Part shown: in pieces, positions 51,369 to 61,960 of the stretch
Numbering within the stretch: position 1 is the stretch's first letter
How the letters are laid out: each line of letters opens with the position of its first letter
Origin: Polyangiales bacterium
GTDB taxonomy: Bacteria; Myxococcota_A; Polyangia; Polyangiales; JADJQN01
Assembly (NCBI GenBank): GCA_964202905.1
Contig: CAXNJO010000011.1
Span: forward strand, 64,001-128,000
Direction of reading: 5' to 3'
Length of the DNA: 64,000 nt
Notes under the pieces: model-generated
The model's database searches: none
What the model saw: only the letters and a program-made list of their open reading frames with translations
Told to the model about the DNA's origin: nothing
Translations under genes and position numbers: made by a program

Positions 51369-51396
51369 AGGGTACGGGGAAACCTCCGGGTGTCAA
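51369..51396 (-). promoter_or_regulatory. Putative sigma70-type promoter of rplC
   Basis: TTGACA-N16-TACCCT; the -35 box sits within an imperfect inverted repeat. Confidence 0.65.
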
Positions 51397-51475
51397 GGCC
51401 GGGAGGCCCCTCGCGCGCCATCGACCGCCTCCCAGGCGCGTCGATGTGGCAGCGGCTGCCGCGCCTGAATGCCGC

Positions 51476-52288
51476 TCAAACGCCGACCGGCGTTGGGATT
51501 CCGAAGAGACGGCAGGCGTTTCGGGTCGTCGCGGCGCGCACGGCGTCCGCGTCGATCCCGCGCAGCGCGGCGATCGCATCGGCGGTGTGCACGACGAACG
51601 ACGGCTCGTTGCGCTTGCCGCGGTGCGGGACCGGCGCGAGGTAGGGCGCGTCCGTTTCCACCAGCAGCGCGTCGAGCGGCTGAACACGCGCGGCCTCGCG
51701 GACGGCTTGGGCGGACTTGAACGTCACGATGCCGCTGAAACTCGCGACGAAGCCGAGATCGAGCGCTTCCCGCGCGAAGTCGGCGTCCTCGCTGAAGCAG
51801 TGGATGATGCCGCCGACGTCGCGCGCTCCCTCCTCGCGCAGGATCGCGAGCGTCTCCGCCGGGGCTTCACGCGTGTGGATCGTCAGCGGCTTCTTCACGC
51901 GGCGCGCGACGGCGACGAAGCGGCGGAAGATCTCCCGCTGCACGTCGCGCGGGCTGTGGGCGTAGTGGAAGTCGAGGCCGACCTCGCCGACGGCGACCAC
52001 GCTCGGGTCGAGCGCGAGGCGCTCGAGCGCCTCGAGGAGCGCGTCGGTCGCGACGCGCGCGTCGTGGGGGTGCAGCCCGACCGTGGCGACGATCGTGTCC
52101 GGGTGTGCGTGGGCCAGGGCGATCATCGACGCGGGGCCCGCGGTGTCCGCGGCGTCGGCGTCGACGAGCCCGATCGCGCAGAGCCGTGCGACACCCGCTG
52201 CGCGCGCGCGATCGAGGACGCCAGCGATGTCGCCCCCGTAGCGGTCGGCGTCGAGGTGGCAATGCGTGTCGAAGAGCGGCGCGTTCAT
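51476..52288 (-). CDS. tatD: TatD family nuclease
   Basis: DTHCHLD, GLHPH, GEVGLDF, IHTREA, ETDAPYLAPVPHRGKRNEP. Confidence 0.94.
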   Translation of the reverse strand: MNAPLFDTHCHLDADRYGGDIAGVLDRARAAGVARLCAIGLVDADAADTAGPASMIALAHAHPDTIVATVGLHPHDARVATDALLEALERLALDPSVVAVGEVGLDFHYAHSPRDVQREIFRRFVAVARRVKKPLTIHTREAPAETLAILREEGARDVGGIIHCFSEDADFAREALDLGFVASFSGIVTFKSAQAVREAARVQPLDALLVETDAPYLAPVPHRGKRNEPSFVVHTADAIAALRGIDADAVRAATTRNACRLFGIPTPVGV

Positions 52289-53346
52289 GGGGTCTCCTCG
52301 TCCTCTTCGCCCCTGGCCGCCCGGCCGATGTCGTCGTCTCGCGACGCGAGGCGTGCGAGGGCGGCGCGGGCGACCTCGCTCTCGGGGGCGAGCGCGGCGA
52401 GCGCGCGCGCGACCACGACGGGATCGGCCCCGCGGGGTCGCGCGACCAGCGCCGCGAGCGCGGGGGCGAGCCCGACGACGCGGTGCCGCCCGACCAACTC
52501 TGCGGCGTAACTCCGGCCATCGGCGCGCCATGCCCCAAGCACGGCGCTGAGGGCCTCCTCGCCGCGCGGATCGCCGAGCGCGGCGAGCGCACCCGCCGCG
52601 GCGGCCTTCACGACGAGGGGCGCGAGGATCCGCCGCGCGACCGCGGCGAGCGGCTCGCGGGCGGTCTCCGCGCGGAGCGTCGCGAGCGCCTCGCATGCCG
52701 CGAGCACGCGATCCCGCTCGTCGAGCGCCTCGACGAGGGTGCCGACGCCGCGCGCGTCGCCGAGCCGCGCGAGGGCGAGGGCGGCCGCGAACCGCACGGC
52801 GCTCGCCGTGTCGCCGAGCGCGGCGGCGACCGGTCCGGCGGAGTCGGGCTCGCCGAGGGCGCCGAGCGCGTCGAGCGTGTGCTCTCGGACCTTCGCGTCG
52901 GGGTCGTCGAGCAGCGGCGCCAGGATGGCGGGCGCCTCGTCCGGGCTCGCTTCCGCGTAGGACTCCACGGCCTGGAAGCGCACCTCCGGCCGGGCGTCGC
53001 GGAGCGCCCTCGCGAGCGCGCGCACCGCCCGCTCGCCGCCGATCCGGCCGAGCGCGATGACGGCGAGCTCGCGCGCCTCGGGCAGCGGATCGTCGAGGTG
53101 CGCGAGCACGAGGTCGAGCGCGTCGTTGTCCGAGAGCTCGCCGAGCGCGGCGATCGCGATGCAGCGGACGGCGCCCTCGGGGTCGTCGGCGAGCGTGCGG
53201 AGCGCGGCGCAGGCCTCGTCGCGCGCACCGGGGGGCGGGCTCGCGAGCGCCTGCACCGCGAGCACCCGGGTCGCTGCGCGCGGAGAGCGCGCGTCCACGA
53301 GTGCGACGTCGAAGCGGGGGACTTGCGGCGGGAACAGCAGCGACAT
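52285..53346 (-). CDS. HEAT/PBS-lyase repeat protein
   Basis: Repeated L.D...VR..A..ALG units. Confidence 0.9.
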   Translation of the reverse strand: MSLLFPPQVPRFDVALVDARSPRAATRVLAVQALASPPPGARDEACAALRTLADDPEGAVRCIAIAALGELSDNDALDLVLAHLDDPLPEARELAVIALGRIGGERAVRALARALRDARPEVRFQAVESYAEASPDEAPAILAPLLDDPDAKVREHTLDALGALGEPDSAGPVAAALGDTASAVRFAAALALARLGDARGVGTLVEALDERDRVLAACEALATLRAETAREPLAAVARRILAPLVVKAAAAGALAALGDPRGEEALSAVLGAWRADGRSYAAELVGRHRVVGLAPALAALVARPRGADPVVVARALAALAPESEVARAALARLASRDDDIGRAARGEEDEETP

Positions 53347-53359
53347 GCGCGTGCCGCCG

Positions 53360-55459
53360 CTACTTGACGATCGCGCCCGGTGGGAGATCGCGATCGACCG
53401 AGAGGACCGACAGCGTCTCTCCGTCTCCGGCCGCGAGCACCATCCCGCGCGACTCCAAGCCCATCATCTTGCGCGGGGCGAGGTTGGCGACGACGACGAT
53501 GCGCTTTCCGACGAGCGCCTCGGGCTCGTAGACCTTGCCGAGGCCCGCGAGGATCTGGCGCGGCGCGCCCTCGCCGACGTCGACCTGCAGGCGCAGGAGT
53601 TTGTCGCTCTTCGGCACGCGCTCGGCGCTCAGCACCAGCGCGAGACGCAGCGCGATCTTCGCGAGATCGTCGATCGTCGCGAGCCCGTCGTCGGCGGCGG
53701 GGGCCGTCGCGGGAAGGGGAGTAGGCGCTCCAGCACTCGGCGCGGTCACAGGCTTGTCCGTCACGTCGAGCTTCTCCGTCTTCTCCGGTTTCTCCGGTTT
53801 CTTCGCGGTGAGCGTCTTCGCCGCGGGGGTCGCGTCCGCGACGCCGAGACGCTCGAGCAGCGCGCGCTGCTGGTCGTCGTCGTACCGCGGGAAGAGCGGC
53901 GCCCCCGGCCGCGTCTGCGTGCCGCCGGTGAGCCCGCCCCACGCGCCCGGCCAGAGGTCGACGCCCACCGTCGGCATCAGCGCGGGCAGACCGAGCTGCG
54001 CGCGGAGCGCGTCGCACTTCCCTGGCATCACGGGCCAGAGCATCACGCTCAGCCAGCGCAGCGCCTCGAGCACCGTGTACGCGACCTGCGCGAGGCGCTT
54101 GAGGTCGTGGTGCTTCGCGAGGTTCCAGGGCTCGGTGACGTCGATGTACTTGTTCGTCGCCAGCACCAACTCCCAGGCGCTCTCGAGCGCGCGGTTCGGG
54201 AGCATCGCGTCGAGGTGCTTCGCGCTCGCCTCCGCGGCGCGCGCCGCGAGCGCCATGACGTCGCGATCGACCTGCTGGAGCGCGTCGGCGTGGACGTGGG
54301 GCACGCGGCCGTCGAGGGACTTCTTCACGATGCTCGCGACCATGCGGTTCAGCAGGTTGCCGAGGCCGTTGCCGAGGTCGCCGTGGTAGCGCGCGAGCAG
54401 GCTCGCGTGGCTGAAGTCGCCGTCGTGCCCGAAGCCGATGTCGCGCATGAGGTAGTAGCGGAGCACGTCCGCGCCGAAGGCCTCGACGAGCGGCTCGGGT
54501 GCGATCGCGTTGCCGAGGGACTTCGAGATCTTCTCGCCGTTCACGGTGAGGAAGCCGTGCGCTTGCACCGCCGTCGGCGGCGCGAAGCCCGCGCTCATCA
54601 GGAACGCGGGCCAGAACACCGCGTGGAAACGGAGGATGTCCTTGCCGACCACGTGCACGGCCTCGGCGCCGTCCGCGTCGACGTGCGGCCAGAATGCTTC
54701 GAAGCGCCCGCTGTCGACGCCTGGCACCGGTGGTCCGCCGAGCGCGCTGACGTAGTTCGTGAGCGCGTCGAACCACACGTACATCACGTGCTCCGGGTCG
54801 CCCGGCACCGGGATGCCCCAGCGGAAGCTCGTGCGCGAGACGGAGAGGTCGCGCAGCCCCTCCTTCACGAAGGCCTTCACTTCGTTGAAGCGGCCCTCGG
54901 GGCGAACGAAGTCGGGGTGCGAGTCGTAGAAGGCGAGCAGCTTGTCCGTGTACGCGGAGAGCCGGAAGAAGTAACTCTCCTCGCGGATCTTCTCGACGGG
55001 CTTCTTGTGCGTCGGGCAGGCGTTGCCCGGGAGCAGGTCCTTCTCGGTGAAGTAGGCCTCGCAGTCGACGCAGTACCAGTCCTCGTAGTGGCCGAGGTAG
55101 ATGTCGCCGGCGGCGGCGACGCGGCGCCACAACTCCTGCGCGTGCTGCACGTGGCGCGGCTCGGTCGTGCGGATGAAGTCGTCGTGCTCGCAGCCGAGCG
55201 CCTCCCACGCGCGACGGAACGGGCCTTCCGCGCGGTCGACGAAGGCCTGCGGCGAGAGGCCTTCGCTCGCGGCGAGGCGCGCGATCTTCAGCCCGTGCTC
55301 ATCGAGCCCGGTGTGGAAACGCGCGGGGCGCCCGCGAACCCGGGCGTAGCGGGCGAACACGTCGGCGGCGATCGTGGAGTAGGCCGTCCCGACGTGGGGA
55401 ACCGCGTTCACGTAGTAGATCGGCGTCGTGACGTAGAAGGGGCGTGATCGCGCGGTCAT
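53360..55459 (-). CDS. metG: Methionyl-tRNA synthetase with C-terminal tRNA-binding domain
   Basis: TTPIYYVN..PHVG, YVWFDAL, GKDILRFH, KISKS, SDKLLRLQVD, VANLAPRKMMG. Confidence 0.97.
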   Translation of the reverse strand: MTARSRPFYVTTPIYYVNAVPHVGTAYSTIAADVFARYARVRGRPARFHTGLDEHGLKIARLAASEGLSPQAFVDRAEGPFRRAWEALGCEHDDFIRTTEPRHVQHAQELWRRVAAAGDIYLGHYEDWYCVDCEAYFTEKDLLPGNACPTHKKPVEKIREESYFFRLSAYTDKLLAFYDSHPDFVRPEGRFNEVKAFVKEGLRDLSVSRTSFRWGIPVPGDPEHVMYVWFDALTNYVSALGGPPVPGVDSGRFEAFWPHVDADGAEAVHVVGKDILRFHAVFWPAFLMSAGFAPPTAVQAHGFLTVNGEKISKSLGNAIAPEPLVEAFGADVLRYYLMRDIGFGHDGDFSHASLLARYHGDLGNGLGNLLNRMVASIVKKSLDGRVPHVHADALQQVDRDVMALAARAAEASAKHLDAMLPNRALESAWELVLATNKYIDVTEPWNLAKHHDLKRLAQVAYTVLEALRWLSVMLWPVMPGKCDALRAQLGLPALMPTVGVDLWPGAWGGLTGGTQTRPGAPLFPRYDDDQQRALLERLGVADATPAAKTLTAKKPEKPEKTEKLDVTDKPVTAPSAGAPTPLPATAPAADDGLATIDDLAKIALRLALVLSAERVPKSDKLLRLQVDVGEGAPRQILAGLGKVYEPEALVGKRIVVVANLAPRKMMGLESRGMVLAAGDGETLSVLSVDRDLPPGAIVK

Positions 55460-55501
55460 GGGGGCCGCGAGACTAGCAGGCGGGTGCGCGGGTGTCCGCT
55501 G

Positions 55502-56503
55502 TCAGGCCGCGCGCAGCGTGAGCAGCAGCGCCTCGAGGACGAGCTGCGCGCTCGCGTTCGCGTCGATGGCGCGCGCGGCGTCTCGGATCGCGCCGGCGCG
55601 CGCGGCGGCGCGTCCGGCGCCGAGCTGCGTGGCGCGCTCGCGGATGCGCGCGGCCTCGAGGCGGAAGCGGAGCGCGTCGTCGTCGAGCCCCGACGCGGCG
55701 GCGGCGATGTCGCGGTACAGCGTCGCGAGCGTGTCGAGCACCAGCGCCCGATCGTCGAGGCGCGCGAGCTCTTCGGCGAGCTCGAGCTGCATGCCGCCGC
55801 GCCCGTCCTCGACGACGCGATCGACGCGAAGCGCCAGGTCGAGGAGCCGCTTCCCTGCGCCATCGACGGCGAAGCGGAGCGCGAGGTCCGCGCGACCATC
55901 CGCGAGCGCGCAGGCGGCTTCGCGCTCGGCCTCGGGGACGCCGCCCTCCTCGAGGATCTGCCGCAGCGTGCGGTCGGGGAGCCGCTGGAACCGCACGCGC
56001 TGGCAGCGCGAGCGGATCGTCTGGAGGAGCTGATCGGGGCGCGACGCGAGCAGCACGAAGTGCAAGCGGGCCCGCGGCTCCTCGAGCGTCTTCAGCAGGG
56101 CGCTCGCGGCCTCGGCGTGGTTCGCCGGGAAGGACACGTCGGCGTCGGGGAAGAGGGCGAACGCCGCGCGCCCCTCGAAGGGCGCGAACTGCGAGAAGGG
56201 CAGCACTTCCTCGCGGATCCGCTCGACCTTGATGTTCCGGTCGCCCTCGTCGCGCGGCAGGAACACGCGGACGTCGGGGTGGTTCCCGCCGGCGATACGG
56301 CGGCACGTGTCGCACGCCGCGCAGCCGCGCCCCGGCGCCTGCGTGCAGAGCAGCGCGCTCGCGAGGGCCAGCGCGGCGCGCTGCTTGCCGACGCCGCTCG
56401 GCCCCTCGAACAGATAGGCCGACGCCACGCGGTCGCGCTGCACGGCCGCGCGCAGGGTGCGGACCGCGGCGGGCTGGGCGCGGACGTCGTCGAAGGTCGG
56501 CAT
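55502..56503 (-). CDS. holB: DNA polymerase III delta' subunit
   Basis: YLFEGPSGVGK, CAACDTC, HPD, ALLKTLEEP, TIRSRC. Confidence 0.93.
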   Translation of the reverse strand: MPTFDDVRAQPAAVRTLRAAVQRDRVASAYLFEGPSGVGKQRAALALASALLCTQAPGRGCAACDTCRRIAGGNHPDVRVFLPRDEGDRNIKVERIREEVLPFSQFAPFEGRAAFALFPDADVSFPANHAEAASALLKTLEEPRARLHFVLLASRPDQLLQTIRSRCQRVRFQRLPDRTLRQILEEGGVPEAEREAACALADGRADLALRFAVDGAGKRLLDLALRVDRVVEDGRGGMQLELAEELARLDDRALVLDTLATLYRDIAAAASGLDDDALRFRLEAARIRERATQLGAGRAAARAGAIRDAARAIDANASAQLVLEALLLTLRAA

Positions 56504-56510
56504 GGTGCCC

Positions 56511-58118
56511 TCAGCGCACCACGAGTCGCTTCCCCTGCAGGGCCGAGCCGCGGCCGGGCTCGGCGCCGAGCGGGCCGACGCGGATGGTGAGCAGGTTTCC
56601 GCCGACCTTCGCGCCGCGGATCGTGACGCGCACGAACATCACGGGCATCGGGGGGGGCGGCTCGGGGCGCGTGGTCCGGCGCCGCGGCTCTTCGACGGCG
56701 AAGGCGGGCTCGAGCGCCACCTCGCCGAGCTCCGCGCGTGCAGCGGCGCCGCGCGTGGCGAAGGCCGCCTCGACCTTCGCGGCGTCGCGGCCGAAGGACA
56801 CGCTCTCCGCGGTGAGCAGGCCGCTCGCGAACGCCGGGCCGCCGACCTCGACGTAGAGACCGCGGCCCTTGCCGCCTGCGCTCGAGAAGGCGACGTCGAT
56901 GGTCGTCGTCGCGCCTGGCGCCACGCTCCACTCGCCGGCACCGGCGGTCGCCTTCGAGAGCGCGAGGGCGGGTGGGCCGATCATGCGGGCTGGTCCCACG
57001 GGGGCGGCGAGCGGTGCGCGCTTCGTGGCCGGCGCGGGTGCGACGGGCATCAGCAGCGGCGCGATCTGCACCTCGGAATCCTCCGAAATGCGGAACAGAT
57101 AGGCCATGTCGCCGAGCCCGACGAGCGCTGTGCGTCCGTCGGCGGTGGTGAACGCGCTCGACTCGCCGACGAGCTTCATGTCGAGGTCGCCGAGCGCCTC
57201 GGCCGCGAGGCCGGGCAACGTGAGCGCGGTGACGCGGCTCGTCTTCAGCGACTGCACCACCACGGCGCGCTCGTCGCCCACGAGGAACGGCGCGCCGAGC
57301 CCGAACGCGAGGCCCTCGCCGAGGCGCGAGACGTGCGCGAGCACGGCACCGTCGGGGGCGATGTGGAGGACCGCGGAGTACTTGCCGTGCAGCGTCGTCA
57401 CCACGAGCACGCCCTCGCGCGTCGGCACGGCGAAGATCTCCTGCTCGTCGCGCGTCGCGGGGATGCGGACGCAGAACGCGACCTCGCTCGCCCCGGGGCG
57501 CACGACGGCCACCACACCCGAGTACGCCGAGGCGAGCGCGGTGCCGTGCGCGCTCGTCGCGAGGTGCACCGCGTCGAAGAAGGTCGTGCCGTCGCGCGAG
57601 GCGTAGCCGACGGCGATGGCGTCGAGGCGGTGCTCCTCGGCGTTGAACTCCTCGTCGGCCTCCGGCCAGGGATCGACGCTGCTCTCCCAGATCGTGTTTT
57701 GCGGCCACGCGATGCGCGTCGCGGCCGGGAGCGTCAACCTCGCCGTCTCGACGAGCGGCTGCCCCGGCTCGAGCGTCGCGAGCACGAAGCGCGCGTCGGG
57801 TTCGGCGCCGACCGTGTCGGAGACGACGGCGAAGAGCCGGCCGTCGTGCCCGCGCACCGCGTCGAGGACGCGCTCGGTGAGCTTGCGCGGCGCGCCGCCC
57901 CCGAGCGGCACCTCCCAGGCGGTGCGGTCGACGGTGACGAGCACGCGGTCGAGCTCCTCGTCGAGGGGCGCGAGCACGTCGCGGGGCGGCGCGAGCACGG
58001 CGCCGCGCTTCGGCGCGGGGCCGAGCGCGACGAGCCTGGGCTCCGCGTCGGGGCGATGGATCGCGAGGCCGCCTGGGCCGAGGACGAGGTGCGTCTGACC
58101 GTCCGTGAACACGCGCAT
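56511..58118 (-). CDS. Hypothetical protein (beta-rich N-terminus, Ig-like C-terminus possible)
   Basis: 535-aa ORF fitting between holB and the divergent operon; no family recognised. Confidence 0.75.
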   Translation of the reverse strand: MRVFTDGQTHLVLGPGGLAIHRPDAEPRLVALGPAPKRGAVLAPPRDVLAPLDEELDRVLVTVDRTAWEVPLGGGAPRKLTERVLDAVRGHDGRLFAVVSDTVGAEPDARFVLATLEPGQPLVETARLTLPAATRIAWPQNTIWESSVDPWPEADEEFNAEEHRLDAIAVGYASRDGTTFFDAVHLATSAHGTALASAYSGVVAVVRPGASEVAFCVRIPATRDEQEIFAVPTREGVLVVTTLHGKYSAVLHIAPDGAVLAHVSRLGEGLAFGLGAPFLVGDERAVVVQSLKTSRVTALTLPGLAAEALGDLDMKLVGESSAFTTADGRTALVGLGDMAYLFRISEDSEVQIAPLLMPVAPAPATKRAPLAAPVGPARMIGPPALALSKATAGAGEWSVAPGATTTIDVAFSSAGGKGRGLYVEVGGPAFASGLLTAESVSFGRDAAKVEAAFATRGAAARAELGEVALEPAFAVEEPRRRTTRPEPPPPMPVMFVRVTIRGAKVGGNLLTIRVGPLGAEPGRGSALQGKRLVVR

Positions 58119-58186
58119 GGGGCGCGGACGCTAGCCGGAACCGTGGCCGAGGTCCACGCGTCGCGTCACGGGTGCTGCGCGGCGCG

Positions 58187-58234
58187 ACTGAATGGTGATT
58201 CAGCGTTGACAGCACCAGTCCCCGCCGGGAGCAT
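58187..58234 (+). promoter_or_regulatory. Palindromic motif copy 3 (CTGAAT-GGTG-ATTCAG) abutting a putative promoter
   Basis: Palindrome at 58188-58203, TTGACA at 58206-58211, N17, then GAGCAT (weak -10). Confidence 0.7.
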
Positions 58235-58246
58235 CGGCGCGTCGCC

Positions 58247-59869
58247 ATGACGCTCTCCCCGACGCAACGCTACCCGCTGATCCGCAGCCGCATCGACGTC
58301 CGCGGCGCGCAGTACCTCGCCAACCGCGCCGTGAACGTGCAGTCGCTCGAGAAGCTCGAGAAGGCGCTCGCGAAGTCCCGCGAGGGCGGCGGGCCGAAGT
58401 ACAACGACCGGCACCGCGCCGCTGGGAAAATGCTCCCGCGTGAGCGCATCGAGTTGCTCGTCGACCGCGACGCGCCCTTCCTCGAGCTGTGTCCGCTCGC
58501 GGGGCACGACGTGCGCGACCAGACGACGGGCGCGGGCGTGCTCGGCGGCATCGGCGTCGTGAGCGGCGTCGAGTGCCTCATCACCGCGAGCGAGGCGACG
58601 GTGAAGGGCGGCGCCATCTCCGAGATCGGCATGTGGAAGACGGGCCGGCTCGCCGAGGTCGCCGAGCAGAATGGCCTGCCGAGCCTCTCGCTGATCGAGA
58701 GCGCGGGCGCGGACCTGCCCAACCAACACAAGATCTTCGTCCACGGCGGGCGCGGCTTCCGCGACCTCACGCGCCGCAGCAAGGAGCGCACGCCGACCAT
58801 CTGCCTCGTCTTCGGGTCGTCGACCGCGGGCGGCGCCTACGTGCCGGGCATGAGCGACTACGTCGTCATGGTGAAGCAGCAGGCGCAGGTCTATCTCGCC
58901 GGCCCGCCGCTCGTGAAGATGGCGACGGGCGAGGAGTCCGAGCACGAGGAGCTCGGCGGTGCGGAGATGCACTCGCGTGTCTCGGGCGTCTCCGATTACC
59001 TCGCCGAGGACGAGCGCGACGCCGTGCGTCTCGGTCGCGAGATCGTCGCGCATCTGCGTTGGCGCAAGCGCGGCATCGTTCCGCCGCGCGAGTTCGCCGA
59101 GCCCCTGTACGACGCCGACGAACTCCTCGGCATCGCGAGCGCGGACCTCAAGATTCCCTTCGATGCGCGAGAGGTGATTGCGCGCATCGTCGACGGCTCG
59201 CGCTTCAGCGAGTTCAAACCGCTCTACGGTCCGTCGCTCGTGTGCGGTTGGGCGCACATTCACGGTTATCCCGTCGGCATCCTCGCGAACAATGGGATTC
59301 TCTTCAGCGAGAGCGCGAACAAGGGCGCACAGTTCATCGAACTCTGCAATCAGAGCGATATTCCCCTGCTTTTTCTGCAGAACATCACCGGTTTCATGGT
59401 CGGGAAGAAATACGAGCAGGAAGGCATCATCAAGAATGGCGCGAAGCTGATCAACGCCGTGTCCAACAGCACGGTGCCCGCGATCACCATCATGATCGGC
59501 TCGAGCTTCGGCGCCGGGAACTACGCGATGTGCGGGCGCGCGTACGAGCCGCGATTCCTGTTCACGTGGCCCAATCACCGCATCGGCGTGATGGGCGGCA
59601 AGCAGCTCGCGGGCGTGCTCGACATCATCCAGCGCGGCGCGGCGCAGAAGCGCGGCGAGGTCGTCGACGAGCAGCGCCTCTCCGTGATGAAGCAGATGGT
59701 CGAGGGGCAGATCGACCTCGAGTCCGAACCGTACTTCGCGACGGCGCGGCTCTGGGACGACGGCATCATCGACCCGCGCGACACGCGCCACGTCATCGCG
59801 ATGTCGCTCTCCGCGGCGTGCACGCGCCCCGTCGAGGGCACCATGGCCTTCGGCGTGTTCCGCCACTGA
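58247..59869 (+). CDS. Acyl-CoA carboxylase beta (carboxyltransferase) subunit, methylcrotonyl/geranyl-CoA type
   Basis: [62 protein letters not shown]. Confidence 0.93.
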   Translation: MTLSPTQRYPLIRSRIDVRGAQYLANRAVNVQSLEKLEKALAKSREGGGPKYNDRHRAAGKMLPRERIELLVDRDAPFLELCPLAGHDVRDQTTGAGVLGGIGVVSGVECLITASEATVKGGAISEIGMWKTGRLAEVAEQNGLPSLSLIESAGADLPNQHKIFVHGGRGFRDLTRRSKERTPTICLVFGSSTAGGAYVPGMSDYVVMVKQQAQVYLAGPPLVKMATGEESEHEELGGAEMHSRVSGVSDYLAEDERDAVRLGREIVAHLRWRKRGIVPPREFAEPLYDADELLGIASADLKIPFDAREVIARIVDGSRFSEFKPLYGPSLVCGWAHIHGYPVGILANNGILFSESANKGAQFIELCNQSDIPLLFLQNITGFMVGKKYEQEGIIKNGAKLINAVSNSTVPAITIMIGSSFGAGNYAMCGRAYEPRFLFTWPNHRIGVMGGKQLAGVLDIIQRGAAQKRGEVVDEQRLSVMKQMVEGQIDLESEPYFATARLWDDGIIDPRDTRHVIAMSLSAACTRPVEGTMAFGVFRH

Positions 59870-59923
59870 TCGCCCGCCCTCACCGCGCCGCTGCCCACGC
59901 CTCGCCGACGCACGGATCCGCCC

Positions 59924-61951
59924 ATGTCGAACACGCCGAACGTCCTCCGCAAGGTCCTCATCGCCAACCGTGGCGAGATCGCACGCCGCATCGCGCGCAC
60001 CTGCCGCCGCCTCGGGCTCGCGACCGTCGCCGTGTTCTCCGACGCGGACGAAGATGCGCTCTTCGTGCAGGAGGCCGACGAGGCGGTGCGCCTCGGGCCC
60101 GCGCCGAGCCGCGAGTCGTACCTCTCGATCGAGAAGATCCTCGCGGCGGCGCGCTTGACCGGGGCGGATGCGCTGCACCCGGGCTACGGCTTTCTCTCGG
60201 AGCGCGCCGAGCTCGCCGAGGCGTGCGCAGCCGCGGGGATCACGTTCGTCGGCCCGTCCCCGCAGGCGATCCGCGCGATGGGCCTCAAGCGCGAGGCCAA
60301 GCGCCTCGCCGCGGCGGCCGGCGTGCCCACCGTGCCGGGCTACTCGGGCGACGATCAGGGCGACGCGACGCTCGCGGCGAAGGCGCTCGAGGTCGGCTTT
60401 CCGTTGCTGCTCAAAGCATCGGCGGGCGGCGGCGGCAAGGGCATGCGCGTCGTCCGCGCGGCGGGCGAGATCGAGGCGAGCCTCGCGGCGGCGCGGCGCG
60501 AGGCGCTCGCTGCGTTCGGCGACGACACGCTCATCATCGAGCGCTACGTGAGCTCGCCGCGCCACGTCGAGATCCAGATCCTCGGCGACACGCACGGGAA
60601 CCTCGTGCACCTCTTCGAGCGCGAGTGCTCGATCCAGCGCCGCCACCAGAAGATCCTTGAGGAGAGCCCGTCGCCCGCGCTCACGCCCGCGCTCCGCGCC
60701 GCGATGGGCGAGGCCGCGGTGCGCGTCGGTCGCGCCATCGGCTACAGCAGCGCGGGCACCGTCGAGTTCATTCTCGGCGACGACGGCGCCTTCTACTTCC
60801 TCGAGGTGAACACGCGCCTGCAGGTCGAGCACCCCGTCACCGAGATGGTCACGGGCCTCGACCTCGTCGCCGAGCAGCTCCGCGTCGCGCGCGGCGAGCC
60901 GCTCGGCTACGGGCAGGACGACCTCGTGCAGCGCGGCCACGCGATCGAGGTGCGGCTTTACGCGGAAGACCCCGCGAGCGGCTTTCTCCCGCAGGCGGGC
61001 ACGCTCGTCGACTTCCACGTGCCGGAGGACGAGGGCGTGCGCCTCGACACCGGCGTGCGCTCGGGCGACGAGGTGTCCATCCACTACGACCCGATGATCG
61101 CGAAGATCATCGCGCATGGCGCGAGCCGCGCGGAGGCCACGCGGCGCCTCGTCCGCACGCTCGAGCGCACGAGCGTGCAGGGACTCGCGAGCAACCGCGC
61201 GCTGCTCGTGCGCATCCTCGAGCACCCCGCGTTCGCGGCGGGCGAACTCGACACGCATTTTCTCGATCGGCACTTTGCGGGCGCGCTCGGCGAGCCCGCG
61301 GATCCGTCCCGCGATCGCCTCGCCGCGATCGCCGCGATGATGATCGCGCACGAGGCGCATGCGGCCTCGCGCGAGGTGGTGCCGGGCGTGCCCAACGGCT
61401 TCCGCGTCAACTTCTCCGTGCCGCAGACGGTCACGTACGGCGTGGGTGATCGCAGCCTCACGCTCGCCTACCGCAGCCGCGGGAAGGGCCGCTTCGACGT
61501 CGCGCTCGACGTTCCGCTTCACGGCGGCGAGAGCCGCGCGGTGCGCCTCGTCTCGTGGGCGGAGCCGACGCTCGTGCTCGAGGATCACGACGGGCATCGG
61601 CATACGCTGCGCGTCGTCGTCGATGAGGCTGCCGCCACGTTCTACGTGCACAGCACGCGCGGCTCGACCGCGCTCGTCGAGCGGCCGCGCTTCCCCGAGC
61701 CCGGCGCGGAGGCCGTCGCGGGAGGCTGCGTCGCGCCGATGCCGGGGCGCATCGTGCAGGTGCTCGCGGCCGAGGGGCAGGCCGTCGCCCGCGGCGCGGT
61801 GCTCGTGATCCTCGAGGCGATGAAGATGGAGCACAGCGTCGTCGCCGCCATCGACGGAGTCGTCACGCGCGTCGCGGTGCAGGCGGGCGAGCAGGTCGAG
61901 GGCGGGCAGATCCTCGCCGTCGTCGAGGCAGGCGAGGCCGCGGCGGTGTAG
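59924..61951 (+). CDS. Acyl-CoA carboxylase alpha subunit (biotin carboxylase + biotin carrier)
   Basis: LIANRGEIA, HPGYGFLSE, GGGGKGMR, RECSIQRRHQK, EVNTRLQVEHPVTE, EAMKME. Confidence 0.95.
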   Translation: MSNTPNVLRKVLIANRGEIARRIARTCRRLGLATVAVFSDADEDALFVQEADEAVRLGPAPSRESYLSIEKILAAARLTGADALHPGYGFLSERAELAEACAAAGITFVGPSPQAIRAMGLKREAKRLAAAAGVPTVPGYSGDDQGDATLAAKALEVGFPLLLKASAGGGGKGMRVVRAAGEIEASLAAARREALAAFGDDTLIIERYVSSPRHVEIQILGDTHGNLVHLFERECSIQRRHQKILEESPSPALTPALRAAMGEAAVRVGRAIGYSSAGTVEFILGDDGAFYFLEVNTRLQVEHPVTEMVTGLDLVAEQLRVARGEPLGYGQDDLVQRGHAIEVRLYAEDPASGFLPQAGTLVDFHVPEDEGVRLDTGVRSGDEVSIHYDPMIAKIIAHGASRAEATRRLVRTLERTSVQGLASNRALLVRILEHPAFAAGELDTHFLDRHFAGALGEPADPSRDRLAAIAAMMIAHEAHAASREVVPGVPNGFRVNFSVPQTVTYGVGDRSLTLAYRSRGKGRFDVALDVPLHGGESRAVRLVSWAEPTLVLEDHDGHRHTLRVVVDEAAATFYVHSTRGSTALVERPRFPEPGAEAVAGGCVAPMPGRIVQVLAAEGQAVARGAVLVILEAMKMEHSVVAAIDGVVTRVAVQAGEQVEGGQILAVVEAGEAAAV

Positions 61952-61960
61952 AAGCGGGGG

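Noticed and set aside
51464..51480. cctgaatgccgctcaaa as a fourth copy of the palindrome
   Set aside because: The right half-site does not match at the conserved spacing.
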